From assembly GCF_009834535.1 (NCBI RefSeq), contig NC_045698.1, positions 374,001 to 434,000 of the forward strand: a stretch of DNA of 60,000 bases, given 5' to 3'. The position numbers were made by a program, and so were the translations under genes. The first letter of the stretch is position 1, and each line of letters starts with the position of its first letter. This stretch comes from Camelus ferus. Its lineage: Eukaryota. This document shows positions 37,151 to 50,362 of the stretch, in pieces. A model generated the notes under the pieces. That model did no database searches. It was not told the origin of the DNA and saw only the letters and a program-made list of their open reading frames with translations.

Positions 37151-38684
37151 AAAAAAAAGTAACGTTTACAATGTGCGGGTAAGGTAATTAACTAAATTAA
37201 ACTGAGAAGGCAGCAGTATATGTCTCAAGAGTTTAAGAAATACTGTTGATGTCAGCACGCACTGCTGACACTGCACTTCCAAATCCTCACTCTGGGTCTG
37301 CTTTCAATTTATTGGTCTAAGTTCTCGGTTCAGAGTTTGGACTACAAGTTCTGTGCTTAGAATCTTGAATCCAAAACTAGATTCCAAATTCTAATCTTAA
37401 TTCTGATTGCGATCACCAGCCTAATATTGGTGCCTGCCTGGCCCTATTGGTGGTCCGAGCAGAGGCCAGCGAACCCACCGCTCACCGTGGCATCAGGCCC
37501 ACCAGCTGCTTCTATGAGACCCCAGTAAGAATGGTTTTCATATTTAAAGGGTTACGTAAGAACCTGCCTTTTGCTCAGGGAGCCTAGGAGAGTTACCAGC
37601 CATCCCTGTGGGAGAGAGGCTGCTGACTGCCGCTGCTGCGGCCCTCGGGAGGGGCTCCCGACACAAATGGCCCCCCCGGAGTCCTGTGGGCACAGTGCCA
37701 CTGTTGCCCTTCCAGTCACATGTGAGGTCAGTCTGGCTGGGTTTAGGGCCCCGGCCTATACTCTCTTTCCTTGATCATCTTAAATGTGTCACCTCGTTAT
37801 CTTCTGGCGAGACGAGGACTCTGATTTTCTTTCCTTTACCAGCGACTCGGTCTTTTTGTCTTGATCACCGAATAAATCCTCTTCTTCTGCAACGTTCACC
37901 AGCTTTGCTAATGAAAGCCTCCGTGCTGGTCACTCTGGGCTGTTTTCCCAGAACCCGATGAACTCTTCCAAAACATGTTTTCGGGTGACTCTTCCTCTTC
38001 CAGGAAGCTTTCCAGGATCACTTTTTGTCCTCAGAGATGTGTGTCTACGCCCTTTGTCCATCTTCTCTGTCGCCTCGGCTAGAATCCTTGCCTCCCCCTC
38101 CTGCAACTTTTAAAGAATATTCTGCATTTCTTTTGTTTCTCTTCAGGCAATATCCACTGTGATTTTTAATAGCTGTGTTGCTTCTTGCTTAATCTTCTTT
38201 AAATTTTAAAAATATTTTAAATTCTTTCCTGAGTTTAGTCATCTGTCTTTTCAAATATTCACTTCCTCCAATCACTTCTAAGATTTTCGGTCTCTAGATT
38301 GTGCTGTTCTTTCAGTTTCTATCATTTTGTTTCTTTTTAGCTCCCTTTGAATATTATGGTATGGCTTTCATCTGTTTTCTAGTATTTCCTTCTCACATGT
38401 TAACTGAATTCAATGACACACAGCCTTTAGCGTGGGTTAGAAATTATCCCATAAACCAGTTCCACATTCACTTCCGCAATTAGAAAATAGAAAATGAACC
38501 ACTTAAATGAATCCATGAATATTCACCAAAAATAATAAATCAACTTATGAATGTGTAAACAACAAAATTGAGAACTACTAAAAACTGAAAGCTGTTTATG
38601 TATTTCCATTATTTGTTTATTCTGCTCCTTTGAATTTCTGCTCCAAATCTTTAATTATTTATTCTTCCAATACCTATGCTATTT

Positions 38685-39150
38685 CCTTTTTTTTTTTAAA
38701 TTGAGTTATAGTCGATTTACAATGTTGTGTTAATTTCTGGTGTACAGCATGGTGATTCCATTACACACATACACATACATACTTCTTTTCATATTCTTTT
38801 TCATTATAGGTTATTACAAGGTATTGAATATTGTTCCCTGTGCTGTACATTGGACCTTGTTGTTTATCCATTTTATATACAATAGTGTGTATCTGCTGAT
38901 CCCAAACTCCCTGTTTATCCCTTCCCCTTTTTTCTCCCCAGTAGCCATAAGTTTTTTCTATGTCTGTGATTCTGTCTCTGTTTTGTAAATAACTTCATTT
39001 GTGTCCTTTTTTAGATTCCACATATAAAAAGTGTCATATGATGCTTTTCCTTCTCTGTTTGGCTTACTTTGCTTAGAACGATGATCTCCAGGCCCATCCA
39101 TGTCGCTGCAAAGGGTCTTATTTTGTTCTTTATTTATGGCTGAGTAGCTT
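38685..39150 (-). mobile_element. Younger L1 3' end with poly(A) (T-run on + strand)
   Basis: T-run at 38687-38697, then ttgagttatagtcgatttacaatgttgtg and tttttagattccacatataa, typical of a cetartiodactyl L1 3'UTR. Confidence 0.88.
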
Positions 39151-40809
39151 ATGACTATTTCCATTCAAGTGCATTAAACTAACTATTTAGTTTAATGAAT
39201 GTTTAAATATTAAATCACTTAAATATCTGATATGACACTTATTTTAAAAAAACTACGTGAAATAAACTTTTGTGTAAACCTGCCGTTTGGTTTTGAATCC
39301 TGCAGTTCTGGACAAAAATGGAGAAAGACCAAACGCCCCCGAAGGTTAAGCGGGGAAGTGGGTTTACGGGGTCAGCAGAAAAGTGATTCCAGACAAGAAG
39401 TAAGTGGCCGAAAGGGGAGCAAACACTCATTTGGCTTTTGGCTTCAGAGGTGCTGGTGCTGGGGGTGCGGGCCAGCCCGGGAGTGGCCGCCAGCCAGCCC
39501 CTCCTCTGCAGCTGCTTCCCTCGTGTGACTGCCACCCTCAGCCCGCGGCTCTTTGCTCAGACAGGCGCCCCCAGTGGAAGCAGTGAGAGCCGCAGCCTCC
39601 CTGCAGGTGCCTCCTGCCCGCTCGCCTGTCTCCTTAGCACTTTTAGTCCTTTGGCATCTTTCTCTTCCAGGCAAGTCATGCTGTGCCCCAACCTCAGAGT
39701 TCCAGGAAGACGGCACATCACAAGTTACAAGCCCACCTCCAAACGTCCTCCAAGTCGATGAGGATTCAGGTGTGTGTCGTGGGATACGGCCGGTCCCCAC
39801 CCGAGGCTAGGCGTCGCCGCCCCTGGGGACCTCAATGGTCCCGGGAGGAAAGGGCGTTGGAGTTGCAAACAGGTGAGTCAGCCTCACTGTTTACTATCTG
39901 AAAAATCAGTTGGGTCCAAAGTAAAAATATTTATTTAATGAGCAAAAATATGTGGCTAATTGGTTTTTGAAAGGATATTGCTTCCTGTTCCTTGAGACTG
40001 AAAAGAAACCTTTGAAGAAAATCATTCACAGGGGTTGAGCTCTGAAAAAGGTCACTCGAGGTTAAATCAGTACAGAAAACAGCTCATATAACCCACAGGA
40101 GACAACCTGGTCTTTCCCTTGGGGTCCTGGGGGAGGTGGACACCTTGAGTAACATGGTTCCAGTGTGGAGCCCCCACCAGAATGCGGGCCTTTGGGCCCC
40201 ACTGCGGCAGGCTGCTGATGGCAGGGCCTCCCTTCCAGGCCAGCATTCCCAGGGTCTTTTTGGGAGCGGTCTCCCTCAGTGGTGAGGAGCTGAGGTGAGG
40301 AGTCAGGTCTGGGTGTGGACACTGGGAAGCTGGTGCTCCCTTCCAGCCCCAGATCCCTGCCTGGTAAAACGGGCGTGAACGAGGGTCACCCTCTCCCCAG
40401 CGGGATCCTCATGGCCATTGGTCTAGAAAACACCTTTGTGGCTGACGAGGCCAGATCCCTACCTGCCCCTCGGTTCCTCTCGAGATGCCTGGGGTGAGAG
40501 GTGGCCGACAGCAGAGTGGGAACAGGGCCTGGCTGGGCCTCCCTGTCCCACCAGGTGCCCAGAGATGTGAGGGACACAGGACTATCCATGGAGCCTCTTC
40601 CCAGCTCTCACGTGCTGGTTCACTGTGACCACGTGTACCTGGGAATGTCCTGCAGAGCAGGGGTCCCCCAGATAAAAGCAGCTGGCATCCTTGGGACTTG
40701 GTGAGCATGTGACCCCTGTGAGCCCCAGTCTTCTGTACATAAGAGGACAGACCGAGGTGACTGCTGAGGTAGCCCTGTGTTTTGATATGCGACTGAATTT
40801 GGAATGTGT

Positions 40810-41190
40810 GTGTAGGTTTTCTGGGGCGGCCATAACTAGTCTCTACAGACTGGGGGGCCAGAGTTTGGCATCAAGGTGTTGCAGGGGCTAGGAGAGGGTC
40901 CTTCCTGCCTTTTCCAGCTGCTGGTGGCTCCAGACATCCCTGGGCTTGTGGCCACAACACCCCAACCTTTGCCTCTGTCATCCTGTGAGGTCCTGAGTGT
41001 GTGTGTCTCTCCGAGTCTTCCTTTCTGTCTAAGGACACAGGATTGCGTTTAGGGCCCACCCAGAAAATCCAGGATGCACTCCTCTCCACATCCTTAGGTT
41101 AAGCTCATCTTTTGCTGTATAAGGTAACATTCGTAGGGTCCAAGGATTTTGCATGGATTCTTTGGAGGAAAAGGGGCATTTTTCAGTTTC
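40810..41190. mobile_element. MLT1-type LTR
   Basis: ggagagggtccttcctgcc..ccagctgctggtggctcc, aaggacacaggattgcgtttagggcccacc, tataaggtaacatt. Confidence 0.8.
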
Positions 41191-42479
41191 ACAAAAGTTT
41201 TCCCGAAACAACGTTTCAAGCACACGCTGTGCTATAAACTGTAAGTTTCTTGAAGGCAAACATCTTCCACTTTTGTTTTTCTGATAGCACCTAGGTTCAG
41301 TCCGCACTCAGGTTCAGTCAGTAGTCAATGACCAGTTCAGCAGTTGATAGTTACAGATGACAGAGGCAAGAGGGATGGCTATCAGAACTGTCACTCACTT
41401 TGTAGTTGGGAAACCAGTTAATTAAGTTCAGGTTCTGTTTGTACTTCACCCTGATCTGCTCTGTCATCTACACCAACTGCCTGGACCCGGCCAGGCTGGA
41501 CCCACACTTGGAAAAGTATAGGAAAATTCCAAGACATCCCAGGCTGCCAGTGCCTGGGAGGACCCCTCCAGACTGACCCTGTGGTTTGGGGCTCGAGGAT
41601 GATGGTCTGGAAGCCTCTGCGGAATGCTCTAGAAAGCTGTGGAGGGCTTGAGACTGGGCTGCCTGGCCAGAAGTGACAAGCAGCAGGAGGCAGCAGCCGT
41701 GTTTGGTGTGGGCTGGGCCTTGGCCGACTTCTCTGGGGGGCAGTGACACAAACCTTTTGTTTACCTCTGTTTACTTCTAAAAGCCAGGATATTTGCTCAC
41801 TGTTCCTAGCCTCCTGGTTGCAACAGCTCCACTCAGGGGACACCTGGTTGGTGACTGCATTCCCAGCTTCAGGTGTGCCAGAGTCCCTCCACAGTCCTGT
41901 ACGAAGCAGAACCCTGGGCAGCATCTGGATGGAAATTTGTTCAGTTACACAGCAATCTTAACTCAAAGTGCTATCGGGTGTTTGCGGGTCTCAACAAGCC
42001 ACTCGGCACAGGACCCCTTGAGCCTGGCACATCAGTCCTGAGGCTCTGCCCTGCTCATGGGGGGGGTTCTGTGCCCTGATGCACCACCTGCATACACCCC
42101 CATACCCCTCCCCTACACCCCTGTCTACCCCCCGTGCTGACATCCTGTCTACACCTCCCCTTCTCCTCTGTGCCCACAGCCCCATCGCCACCCCTCTGTG
42201 TCACCACCCAGAAGGTGACACGCTGGAGGATGTTACCAGCAAGCCAGTCAAATGTGGGGTAAGGTGGTAGGGGCACCCCAGACACCAGGAGGCCTGGGAG
42301 GGAGGGAGCACCGTAGGGCTTGGGATGCCTGGGGCTGATTTGGGTCTGGAATGGAGGTCTTCCCTAAAGGCCTAGTGGGACGACGGACACTCCGTGAACC
42401 CCTTGCTCAGCTGGTGAGTCTCAACTTCAGACTCCAGATTTCATCGCCTGGAAGTTGAGGAAGGGGACAGAGCAGGACC

Positions 42480-43340
42480 TGCAGCCGCCCAGTGACCGCG
42501 GCGGGAGAGCACCGAGACCACATGTAGAGGGGGCCATGGGCAGAACCTGGGGCACCTGGAACGCAGGACACCGGCAAATCTGGAGGTGGGCAGGTTGGGG
42601 AGGTCCCCAGGTGGGGCGGGGTCTCCAAGTGGGGCGGGTCCCCAGGAACGACGGGTCCCCAGGAAAGCCGTTGGGCGCGCTCCGACTTTGCATAACCCCT
42701 CCTTCCGGAGACCTCACCACTTTCCTGCACCCGACTGCTGTCCTTGGCCCCGCCCCTCAAGCCCGCCCCCGCCCCGAATCTCTGACCACGCCCCCCGCCG
42801 CCCCGCGGCCCCTGGCGGCCCTAGTGCGCAGGCGCGGGCAGGTGCGCGCCGTTTGAAAGCATGGCGCCGGCGGGGTGGCTGGTGCTGAGCGAGGAGAAGA
42901 TCCGGGAGAAGAGCGGCCTGCCGCCTCACTGCGACCTGGGTGCGTGCCGGGCGGCGGGCGGACTGCGCCGACTGAGGCGCGAGGTTCCCGCCGCGGTGCT
43001 GGCGGACCCGTCAGGCCAGAGGTGCCGAAGCACAAACTCGCGATTCCCGAACAGCCGCAGGCCTGGGGTTGGGGGCGGGGAGGGGAGCCCGAAGTGAGGG
43101 TGGGGGTCCGGCAGGGAGGGAGGGTGGGGTGGGTGGGGGTAGGCTGGGAGGGGAGGGGTCGGAGAGTGAGGGGGCAGGCCTGGGGGCGGGGAGGGGAGCC
43201 CGAAGTGGGGGTCGGGGCCGTGCAGGGAGACGGGGTGGAGGTAGGCGGGGAGGGGAGGGGAGGGGGGCGGAAGTGGGGAAGAGGTGGAGGGGGCTGGGGG
43301 TTCTGCGCTGAGCCGGAGAAAGATGCGGACCCAGCCCACC
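42480..43340 (+). promoter_or_regulatory. CEP72: CpG-island promoter of CEP72 with GC boxes and CDE/CHR-like element
   Basis: Dense CpG; several GGGGCGGG/CCCGCCCC boxes (42613-42780); GC-rich tgcgcgcc followed by TTTGAA at 42852-42857, just upstream of the ATG. Confidence 0.85.
42861..42939 (+). CDS. CEP72: CEP72 (centrosomal protein 72) coding exon 1
   Basis: MAPAGWLVLSEEKIREKSGLPPHCDL resembles the human CEP72 N-terminus (MARAGPRLVLSEEAVRAKSGLGPHRDL, recalled); donor G|gtgcgt, phase 1. Confidence 0.95.
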
Positions 43341-43429
43341 CTCGCAGACTGTCTGCAGGGAGCTCCTTACAGGCCTGGTTTGCTTCGCGGTTTTGGCAAC
43401 GCTTTTTGCATTAGTTGGTAAGACCTAGC

Positions 43430-46400
43430 GGGTTTTCTTACACCTGTTAATAAGGTGAATGAGATTGGTTCTCAAAAAGCTTGAACCGCCTTCCTTCTTG
43501 GAGTGAGGAGCCCGCCCTCCTGTCCTAGGCCTCCTCCAGAGTACTCCCAGACTGCCCCTCCTGTGCTGAGGATCTTTGTACCTATGTGCGTGGGGGAATG
43601 TTGGTTGCTAGTTTTGTTTTTCCTGTTTTTGTTTGGCTTTGGCGTCAAGGTAATGCTGAGCTTATGAAATAGTTGGTCGTTGCCTCCTCTTCTGTTTTCT
43701 AGCAGATGTTGTGTAAATTGGTGTTCATTTTTCTTTGAGGGAATTTTCCATAGAAACCTTATGGGCCTGGAAATTCCTGTATTTGAAGCTTTTGAGTCAC
43801 AAATTCAGTTTCTCTACTTGTTACAGAACTATTCCTATTATCATCTTCATCTTAGGTGGCTTATAGTTGTCTGGGATTTTGTGAAACTGACTCATCTTGT
43901 TGAATTTATGTGTATAGAGTTTGCGGTATTTTCTTATTAGCTTATAATGTTTGTGTGGACTTCTTCCATCCCTGATACTGGTCATTTTTGTCTTCTCTTC
44001 GTTGGCCTTTCTAGAGGTTTATGAATTTTATTAATCTTTTCAATGAGCCAGCTTTTGGTTGGATGGGTTTTTCTCCATTGGTTTACTGGTTTCAGATTTC
44101 ATTGATTCTATATTATCCTGTATTTTGTATTATGTTCTTCTTTCTGCTGCTTTGCGTTTGTTTTGCTCTTCTTTTTCTTGATTATTGAGATGAAAATTTA
44201 GATTACTGATTTGAGGACTTTTTCATATAATATAAACATTTAGTGCTATATATCTCCCTCTAAGCACAACTTTAGCTGCATCCACAAGTTTTGTTATGTT
44301 GTGTTTTCATTTCCATTCAGTCTAATGTGGTTTTTTTTAAATTGTAGTCAATTACAGTGTGTCAGTTTCTGGTGTACCCCATAATCAGTATGTTTTGGAT
44401 TTCCTGTGACTTCCTCTTTGACCTATGGATTGTTCAGAAGTGTGTTTTTTCATTTTCATGTGTTTGGAGTTTTTCTTAGTTTGTTTTTCTTCTTGATTGA
44501 TTCTGGTGTGATTCCACTATGTTCAGGGAACATACTCTGTATGATTAAGTTGCTTTAAATTTGTTGAGGTTTGTTTTATGGCCTAAGATCTGGTCTATGT
44601 TGTTGAGTGTTCCCAGTGCACTTGGAAGGAATATGTACTCTGTCATTGACTGGAGTGTTATGTAAATGTCAGTTTGGTCCTGTTGATTTATGATACTCAG
44701 TTCTTTCATAGGTTGCTGATTTTCTGTCTGGTGATTCTGTTAATTACCAGGAGAAGGGTGTTGAAACCCCTAACTGTAATTGTGGATTTGTCTGTTTCTC
44801 TTTTCACTTCATCTGGTTTGAAGCTGCGCTGTTTGGTGCATCCACGCTTAGGATTCTATGTCTTCTTGTTGGAGTGACCCTTGTAGCATATGTAGTGTTC
44901 CTCCTTCTCCCTGGTAATTGTGGTGAGACATCTGCTTTATCTGATATTAGTGTAGCCACCCCAGTGTTCTTTTGTTTGGTGTTTGCAGGGCGTATCTTTA
45001 TCCATCTGTTTACAATTTCATCTTTAACCCTACCTATATCATAATATTTGAAATGAGTTTCTTGTAGACAGAGTATACTGTAGATCATTTTTATCCACTC
45101 TGTCAGTTTCTGTCTTTTATAATGTATTTAGGCCATTTACATTTAATGTAAATATTAATGTAGCAGAGTGTAAGCATGTCATTTATTATTCTGGTTTTCC
45201 CTTTGTTTTTTCTTTGTTTCCCATTTCTCCTGTGGTATTTTTTAATATTCCATTTTGATTTATATATTATATTTCTGAGTATAGCTATTTGTATAACTTT
45301 TTTAGTGGTTGCTTTACAAATTAGAGTATGTTTATGTGATTTAACACAGTCTACTTGTGTGGACAGTGTACCGCATAGGTGAATGTAGAAATTTTACCAC
45401 AATTTAGATTTCATTATTCTCCTACTTTATAATTTAGTTGTCTAGACATTTCCTTTGCGTACTCAAGAACCACAGTAATGATACAACTTTTTTTTTTTAC
45501 AGTCACCTGACATTTTAAATAGCTTGGGAGGAAACACCCACATGTTTGCTTGTTTCATTATTCTTTCTGCATTTCTGATGTTCCAGGTTTCCTTTTTTTT
45601 AATCTTTCCTTAATGTTTGAAGATCTTTCTTTAGCAATTATCTTAGGGCAGGTGTGTTGGTGACAGATTCTCTTAGTGTTTCCTCTTTGAGAATATCTTT
45701 ATTTTACCTTCGGTCCTGAAGGCTGCTTTTGGTGGATATAGATTCCTGGGTTGAAAGTTCTTTTCTTTCAGCACTTGAAAGGTGTGACAGCACTTCCTTC
45801 AGGCTTCCATGGAATTGCTTTCCCTCTGGGTAACACCTTTCTCTCTGGTTGCTCTCAAGATTTTTTCACTGTCTTTAATGTTTAGAAGTTTGATTCTGAT
45901 GTGTCAGTTTTTACCTTTATTCTGTTTGGGGTTTTCTCATCTTCTTGAATGTGTAGTTTTCTGTGTTTTGCCTAATTTTGGAAGGTTTTGGCCATGATTT
46001 AATTAAAAATTTTTAAATTTTAGCCATACTATCATTCTCTTCTTGTTGAAACTCTAATTGGAACTCCCCTGGGACCTCAAAGACATGAATGTTAGATTGC
46101 TTTTCCTTCCTGCACGGGCCCCTGAGGCTCTGTGTATAAAGGCTGTTTTCTCTCTGCGGGTCCGATAGGACAACTGTGTTTATCTTTGCATTTATTCTTT
46201 GAGTTTTTTACTTTGTCTTTTCCATTCTGTTATTGAACTGCTCCTGTGGTGTTTTCTTTGTTGGTTTCAGTTATTGTATTTTTCATTTCTGAAATTTCTA
46301 TTTATTTCTTCTTTAGGTTCAATTTTTTTGCCAAGAATTCTTATTTTCTCGTTTGTTTCAAGAGCATTCATAATTGCTCACTGACGTATTTTTCTATCAG

Positions 46401-47060
46401 TGGCTTTAAAATTCTTGGTGGACAGTTCTGATTTCTGTCATCTCAGTGTTGGTGTCTGTTGATTATTTTCTCTCATTCAAACTGAGATTTTCCTATTCTG
46501 GGTCATTTTTGATTGGTCATTTTGATTGGGACTCTGCCTTCTGTTTGAATCTCGTTACTCAGTATGGGCACTGACTGGGTGCTGCCTTGGTGCTGAGGTG
46601 GTGGCCAGGCTCCTGTCACACACAGTCTCTGCAGACGCCTGTGGACCAGGAAAATGGGGCACTACCTCATTATAGCAGCCCAAGGCGGTCATCAGGGTCC
46701 CCGCACATGGCCCCAGTGCTGGCCACTGTGCAAGGACAGGGGGACAAGGTGCATTTTTTCCTTGGTGTTGGGCTGGAGTGGGGCCGAGGTTGTCAGGAGT
46801 CTTTCTGCAAGGCCACCCCCGTCACTCTGACCCTGAGTGGCATGCTCACCCTTACCTTCTGGTCAGTGTCCATCGTGTTTCTGGGCTGCCACCTTCTCTG
46901 GCATTCAGACCAGGATGTGTAGGCACGTTTTCTTGAGGTCCCCGGACAGTCGGCCTTCTGTCCCCACCCTTCAGAGTCACCTGGTGTTTGCTTCCCGTGT
47001 TGTCCAGGGTTTTTAGGTCTAATAAGTGGGGAGGAACAGGGTAAAATGTGTCTACTCTGT
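43430..47060 (-). mobile_element. Old antisense L1 in CEP72 intron 1
   Basis: Minus translation IYSILCLQETHFKYYD..NTKQKNTGVATLISDK is L1 ORF2 endonuclease-like; T-rich L1 sequence. Confidence 0.85.
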
Positions 47061-47648
47061 CTTGTCTGGAACTGGAAGCCCCCAAACCAGTTTCAAGTTT
47101 AATCAAGACGTGTTTTAAAAATAGATGTTCTTGGGAAAATATTGGTGTACACAGACACAAACTGTCTATTTGATGACAGGAACTTATTTTTGTAATGGCA
47201 TTTGTTGGGCAGCTGCTTACTGGGTGTGCCATGTGGAGGCACGTGGTGACTGAGCATGCGGTGGGCCCTGACGTGTCATGGCATGTTGAGGGCAGGTTAA
47301 CTACCAATGGGTTTCAGGTTTAGATCCCTGCACTGGGGCTACATGGGCTGCGGGGCTGAGGACTCAGGCATGGAAGCGGGAACTCCCTAGAGGGCTTCCT
47401 GGTGAGAGGGCTTTGGAGGGTGAAGTATGGAGCCTGGGCAGGGCCTGGGCCTGAGACGTGTTGGAGGTCAGTGAGCTCAAACTTCACATGTGGTTCCCGC
47501 ACTTTAGTGTTGACACTCAGACTTGAAGTGAGGTGTGTTTGTGTTTGTGCCTTTTTCAGATTATGAGGTTGCTTTATCTCACTTTTATTGCAATAACTGA
47601 TTTCCAATAAAATAATAAAGTTAAAATCTCATAATTTTCTATTCTTAG

Positions 47649-47776
47649 CTGAACTTCAGTCATTATCTATTCCTGGAACTTACCGAGAAAAGATTACTCA
47701 CCTAGGAAACTCCTTGATGAATTTAACAGGTCTGAGATCTCTAGATCTGTCACGCAACTCCTTGGTTAGTCTAGAG
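47649..47776 (+). CDS. CEP72: CEP72 exon 2 (LRR)
   Basis: ttcttag|CT GAA CTT..; (A)ELQSLSIPGTYREKITHLGNSLMNLTGLRSLDLSRNSLVSLE; donor gtaagt; 128 nt, in phase with exon 1. Confidence 0.97.
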
Positions 47777-48432
47777 GTAAGTTTTAGGTTTGTTTCTTAA
47801 GAGAAAATTCATTGCTGTCAATAGCAGTGGAGGGTACTTTTATAGTAAGAATGCAGTGTGCTTTGCAACTGTGCTTACAGTGCTTGTAAACTGTACGCTT
47901 CACAGTGGTTACAAGCGTTGTGCTGGTTTTCTTATGTTTGCCGTGAGCTGGATTTCTTAGGCATCACATTGCATTTTTGAACTCCTGGGACAACCAGAAG
48001 TCACGGCTCTGATGAAGGTGGTTGTATCTTTCAAGGGAACAGGATAAGGCCTGGCAGACGATGTGGGGGTGTCACTCCTTTCGCTTTATCAGCTGCCCTT
48101 TCTTCATCCATATGCACTGTGCTCCGGCCCTTGAATGGCTTGTGTGCCTGACACGGGAGGTGCTTGTCCTGGTGGGGTCAGAAGTTGCTCATGGGCGGCG
48201 AGTGGGCACGTGTGGGAGCCTTGTGAGAGAGGAGGGCAGGACGTGGCTGCCCTGGACCGCGATGCCTTCAGTCTGGTGTGAGTTCTCCCCGGCAGAGCCC
48301 GCCTGGCCCATTTCCCGTCGGGCGTGTCACCGTGTGCGAACTGGGATCTCATGCTCCTCTTCTGTCCCAGGATGGCGCGGGCGGGGTCTCGTGCTGGTGT
48401 GAAGTGACCCGCCCCGGCGCCTGTCCCCGCAG

Positions 48433-48625
48433 GGCATCGAGCACCTGGTCGCGCTGCAGCGCCTCAGCCTCTACTACAACCTCATCTCCTCACCGGCCGA
48501 GCTGTTCCGGCTCCGTGTGCTGCCTGCGCTCTCGGACGCGGACTTCCGGCTGAACCCCGTGGTGAAGAGCGAGCCCGGCTACCGCCTCTTCATGGTGCAC
48601 CTGCTCCCGGGGCTCCGGCGGCTGG
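48433..48625 (+). CDS. CEP72: CEP72 exon 3 (LRR and LRR cap)
   Basis: ccgcag|GIEHLVALQRLSLYYNLISSPAELFRLRVLPALSDADFRLNPVVKSEPGYRLFMVHLLPGLRRL; donor gtaggg; 193 nt. Confidence 0.96.
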
Positions 48626-49385
48626 GTAGGGCCGGCTGCACGCGCCCTCGCGGGGCTGCCCGGCGCTGCACTCTGGACCTTCGGGAAAGGGAGGCTGATT
48701 TCCTCTTCTCGCAGGGGAGCTGCCCGGGGAAGGGGCTGGGGGCAAGCTCCCGTGGGCCAACCCTAGCATTTCGGAGCTTTGAAGGAAGAGGATTGTGGTC
48801 GAGTGGAGTCTTCTCGGGCCCAGGGCACACACTGGACAGTTGAAAGTCTTGTTCTAGTCCTGCGGGTTTGAGGATGCAAACCTGCGTGTCAGCCCACCGC
48901 TGGGGGTCCTCTCTTGAGTATGTTCAGGGACACTTGTCAGGGGTGCTCAGTGCGGTTTGGGAACCTCACACAGCCCCCAGGACGTGCACTCAGAGGACAC
49001 GAGGAGGCCTTGCACGTGTGCAAATTTGCACGTTTTTCCTTTCCTGCTTCCAAGGGGCCTGAGGAGCGAGCCTGGTGTGGCCGCCCACCCTCTGGGAATC
49101 CGCATTCAGCATCTCTGGGAAACCAGGTGTAGCCTCCAGAGCCCAGCCTTGCTTTACCTGCTTGCCCAGTCCTCTGGGGGATGCAATGGCAGGCTCAGCC
49201 CCCAGGGGACAGAAGTCCTTGGAGCAGGGGGTGGCAGTCCTGGTCACGCATTGTGCGGCCAGACAGGTGAGGGACACCGCACTCCCAAGGGGAGGCCGGT
49301 AGGTGCACCAGGAGGGTTGGTTGTCGGGCCTAGTGCCCTCCTCATGGCCTTGTCTGCTAGTTTCTCTGTGGTATCCTCCCTCTAG

Positions 49386-49494
49386 ATGACCGCCCTGTGA
49401 GGGAGAGTGAGCGGGAAGCATCCCAGCTGCATTTTGCTTCGGAGGAATCGCTGGACTCAAAGCAGAGCTTCCCAACTGCTTTCAGAGTCGAAAG
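49386..49494 (+). CDS. CEP72: CEP72 exon 4
   Basis: tctag|(D)DRPVRESEREASQLHFASEESLDSKQSFPTAFRVE(R)|gtatga; 109 nt. Confidence 0.96.
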
Positions 49495-49971
49495 GTATGA
49501 GCAGAAGTGGGGTTTGAACATGGAGAGGAGTGTCGAGGTTGATAGAAAGATGTAAACTTCTTTCTGTGCCGAGTGCCCGTCAGAGGGCAGACATGCAGGG
49601 GCAGAGGGAAGGAGAGGTGCCGGGTACCACCTGGGGCTCAAGGAGACTGCGGGACAGTCTCTCTCACTGTTGTCCACATTTTCTCTACGTTATTTTGCAG
49701 TATCAAAAATGTCTGTTAAAGTAACTCATGTAAAACATGGAGCACAAAAGTCTTCTCCCGAGTCCTGGCCCACTCCTCAGGGGCGGCTGCTTTCCCTCCT
49801 GTCATTGTTTCTGCTTCCGGGTTCTGTTTGAGTGACTTTCTCATTTCCAAGCAGTGCAGACGCTTTGCCATTTCTGGATGTGAGGAGCCTCCTCTTCCCG
49901 CTCCCGGCCATGGGGGCCTGCGCCCACCTGCTTCTCTCTGCCTCCCGGCTCCTGCATCTTATGTTTGACTT

Positions 49972-50136
49972 CATTTATTTATTTTTTAAATTTTATTTAT
50001 TTTTCTTCTTTCTTTCTTTTTTGGAGGAGAGGTAATTAGGTTTGTTTATTTATTTTTAGAGGAAGTACTGGGGATTGAACCCAGGACCTCATGTATGCTA
50101 AGCATGCACCCTATCACTTGAGCTGTACCCTCCTCC
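49972..50136 (-). mobile_element. Camelid tRNA-derived SINE (Vic-1-like) with 12-bp TSD
   Basis: Reverse complement GGAGGGTACAGCTCAAGTG..GAGGTCCTGGGTTCAATCCCCAGTAC..AAACCTAATTACCTC; TATGTTTGACTT flanks at 49960-49971 and 50137-50148. Confidence 0.9.
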
Positions 50137-50362
50137 TATGTTTGACTTTAGATCGTCAGGGTTGGTGGTGTCTGAGCCATAAGAGTCCTCATGTGTATGG
50201 GTTGGTTCTAAAGCGTACAAGCCAGTCAGCGGTGTGTACCTGGCTTGTAAGGTGCCAGGATTACGTACTCTTGGATGCCATTTGTTTTGTCTGAAGCTTT
50301 CAATAGCTTTCTTTTTCTTGCAGTTTATGGATGCCTTAGCTCATCCATAAATTCCTCTAATG

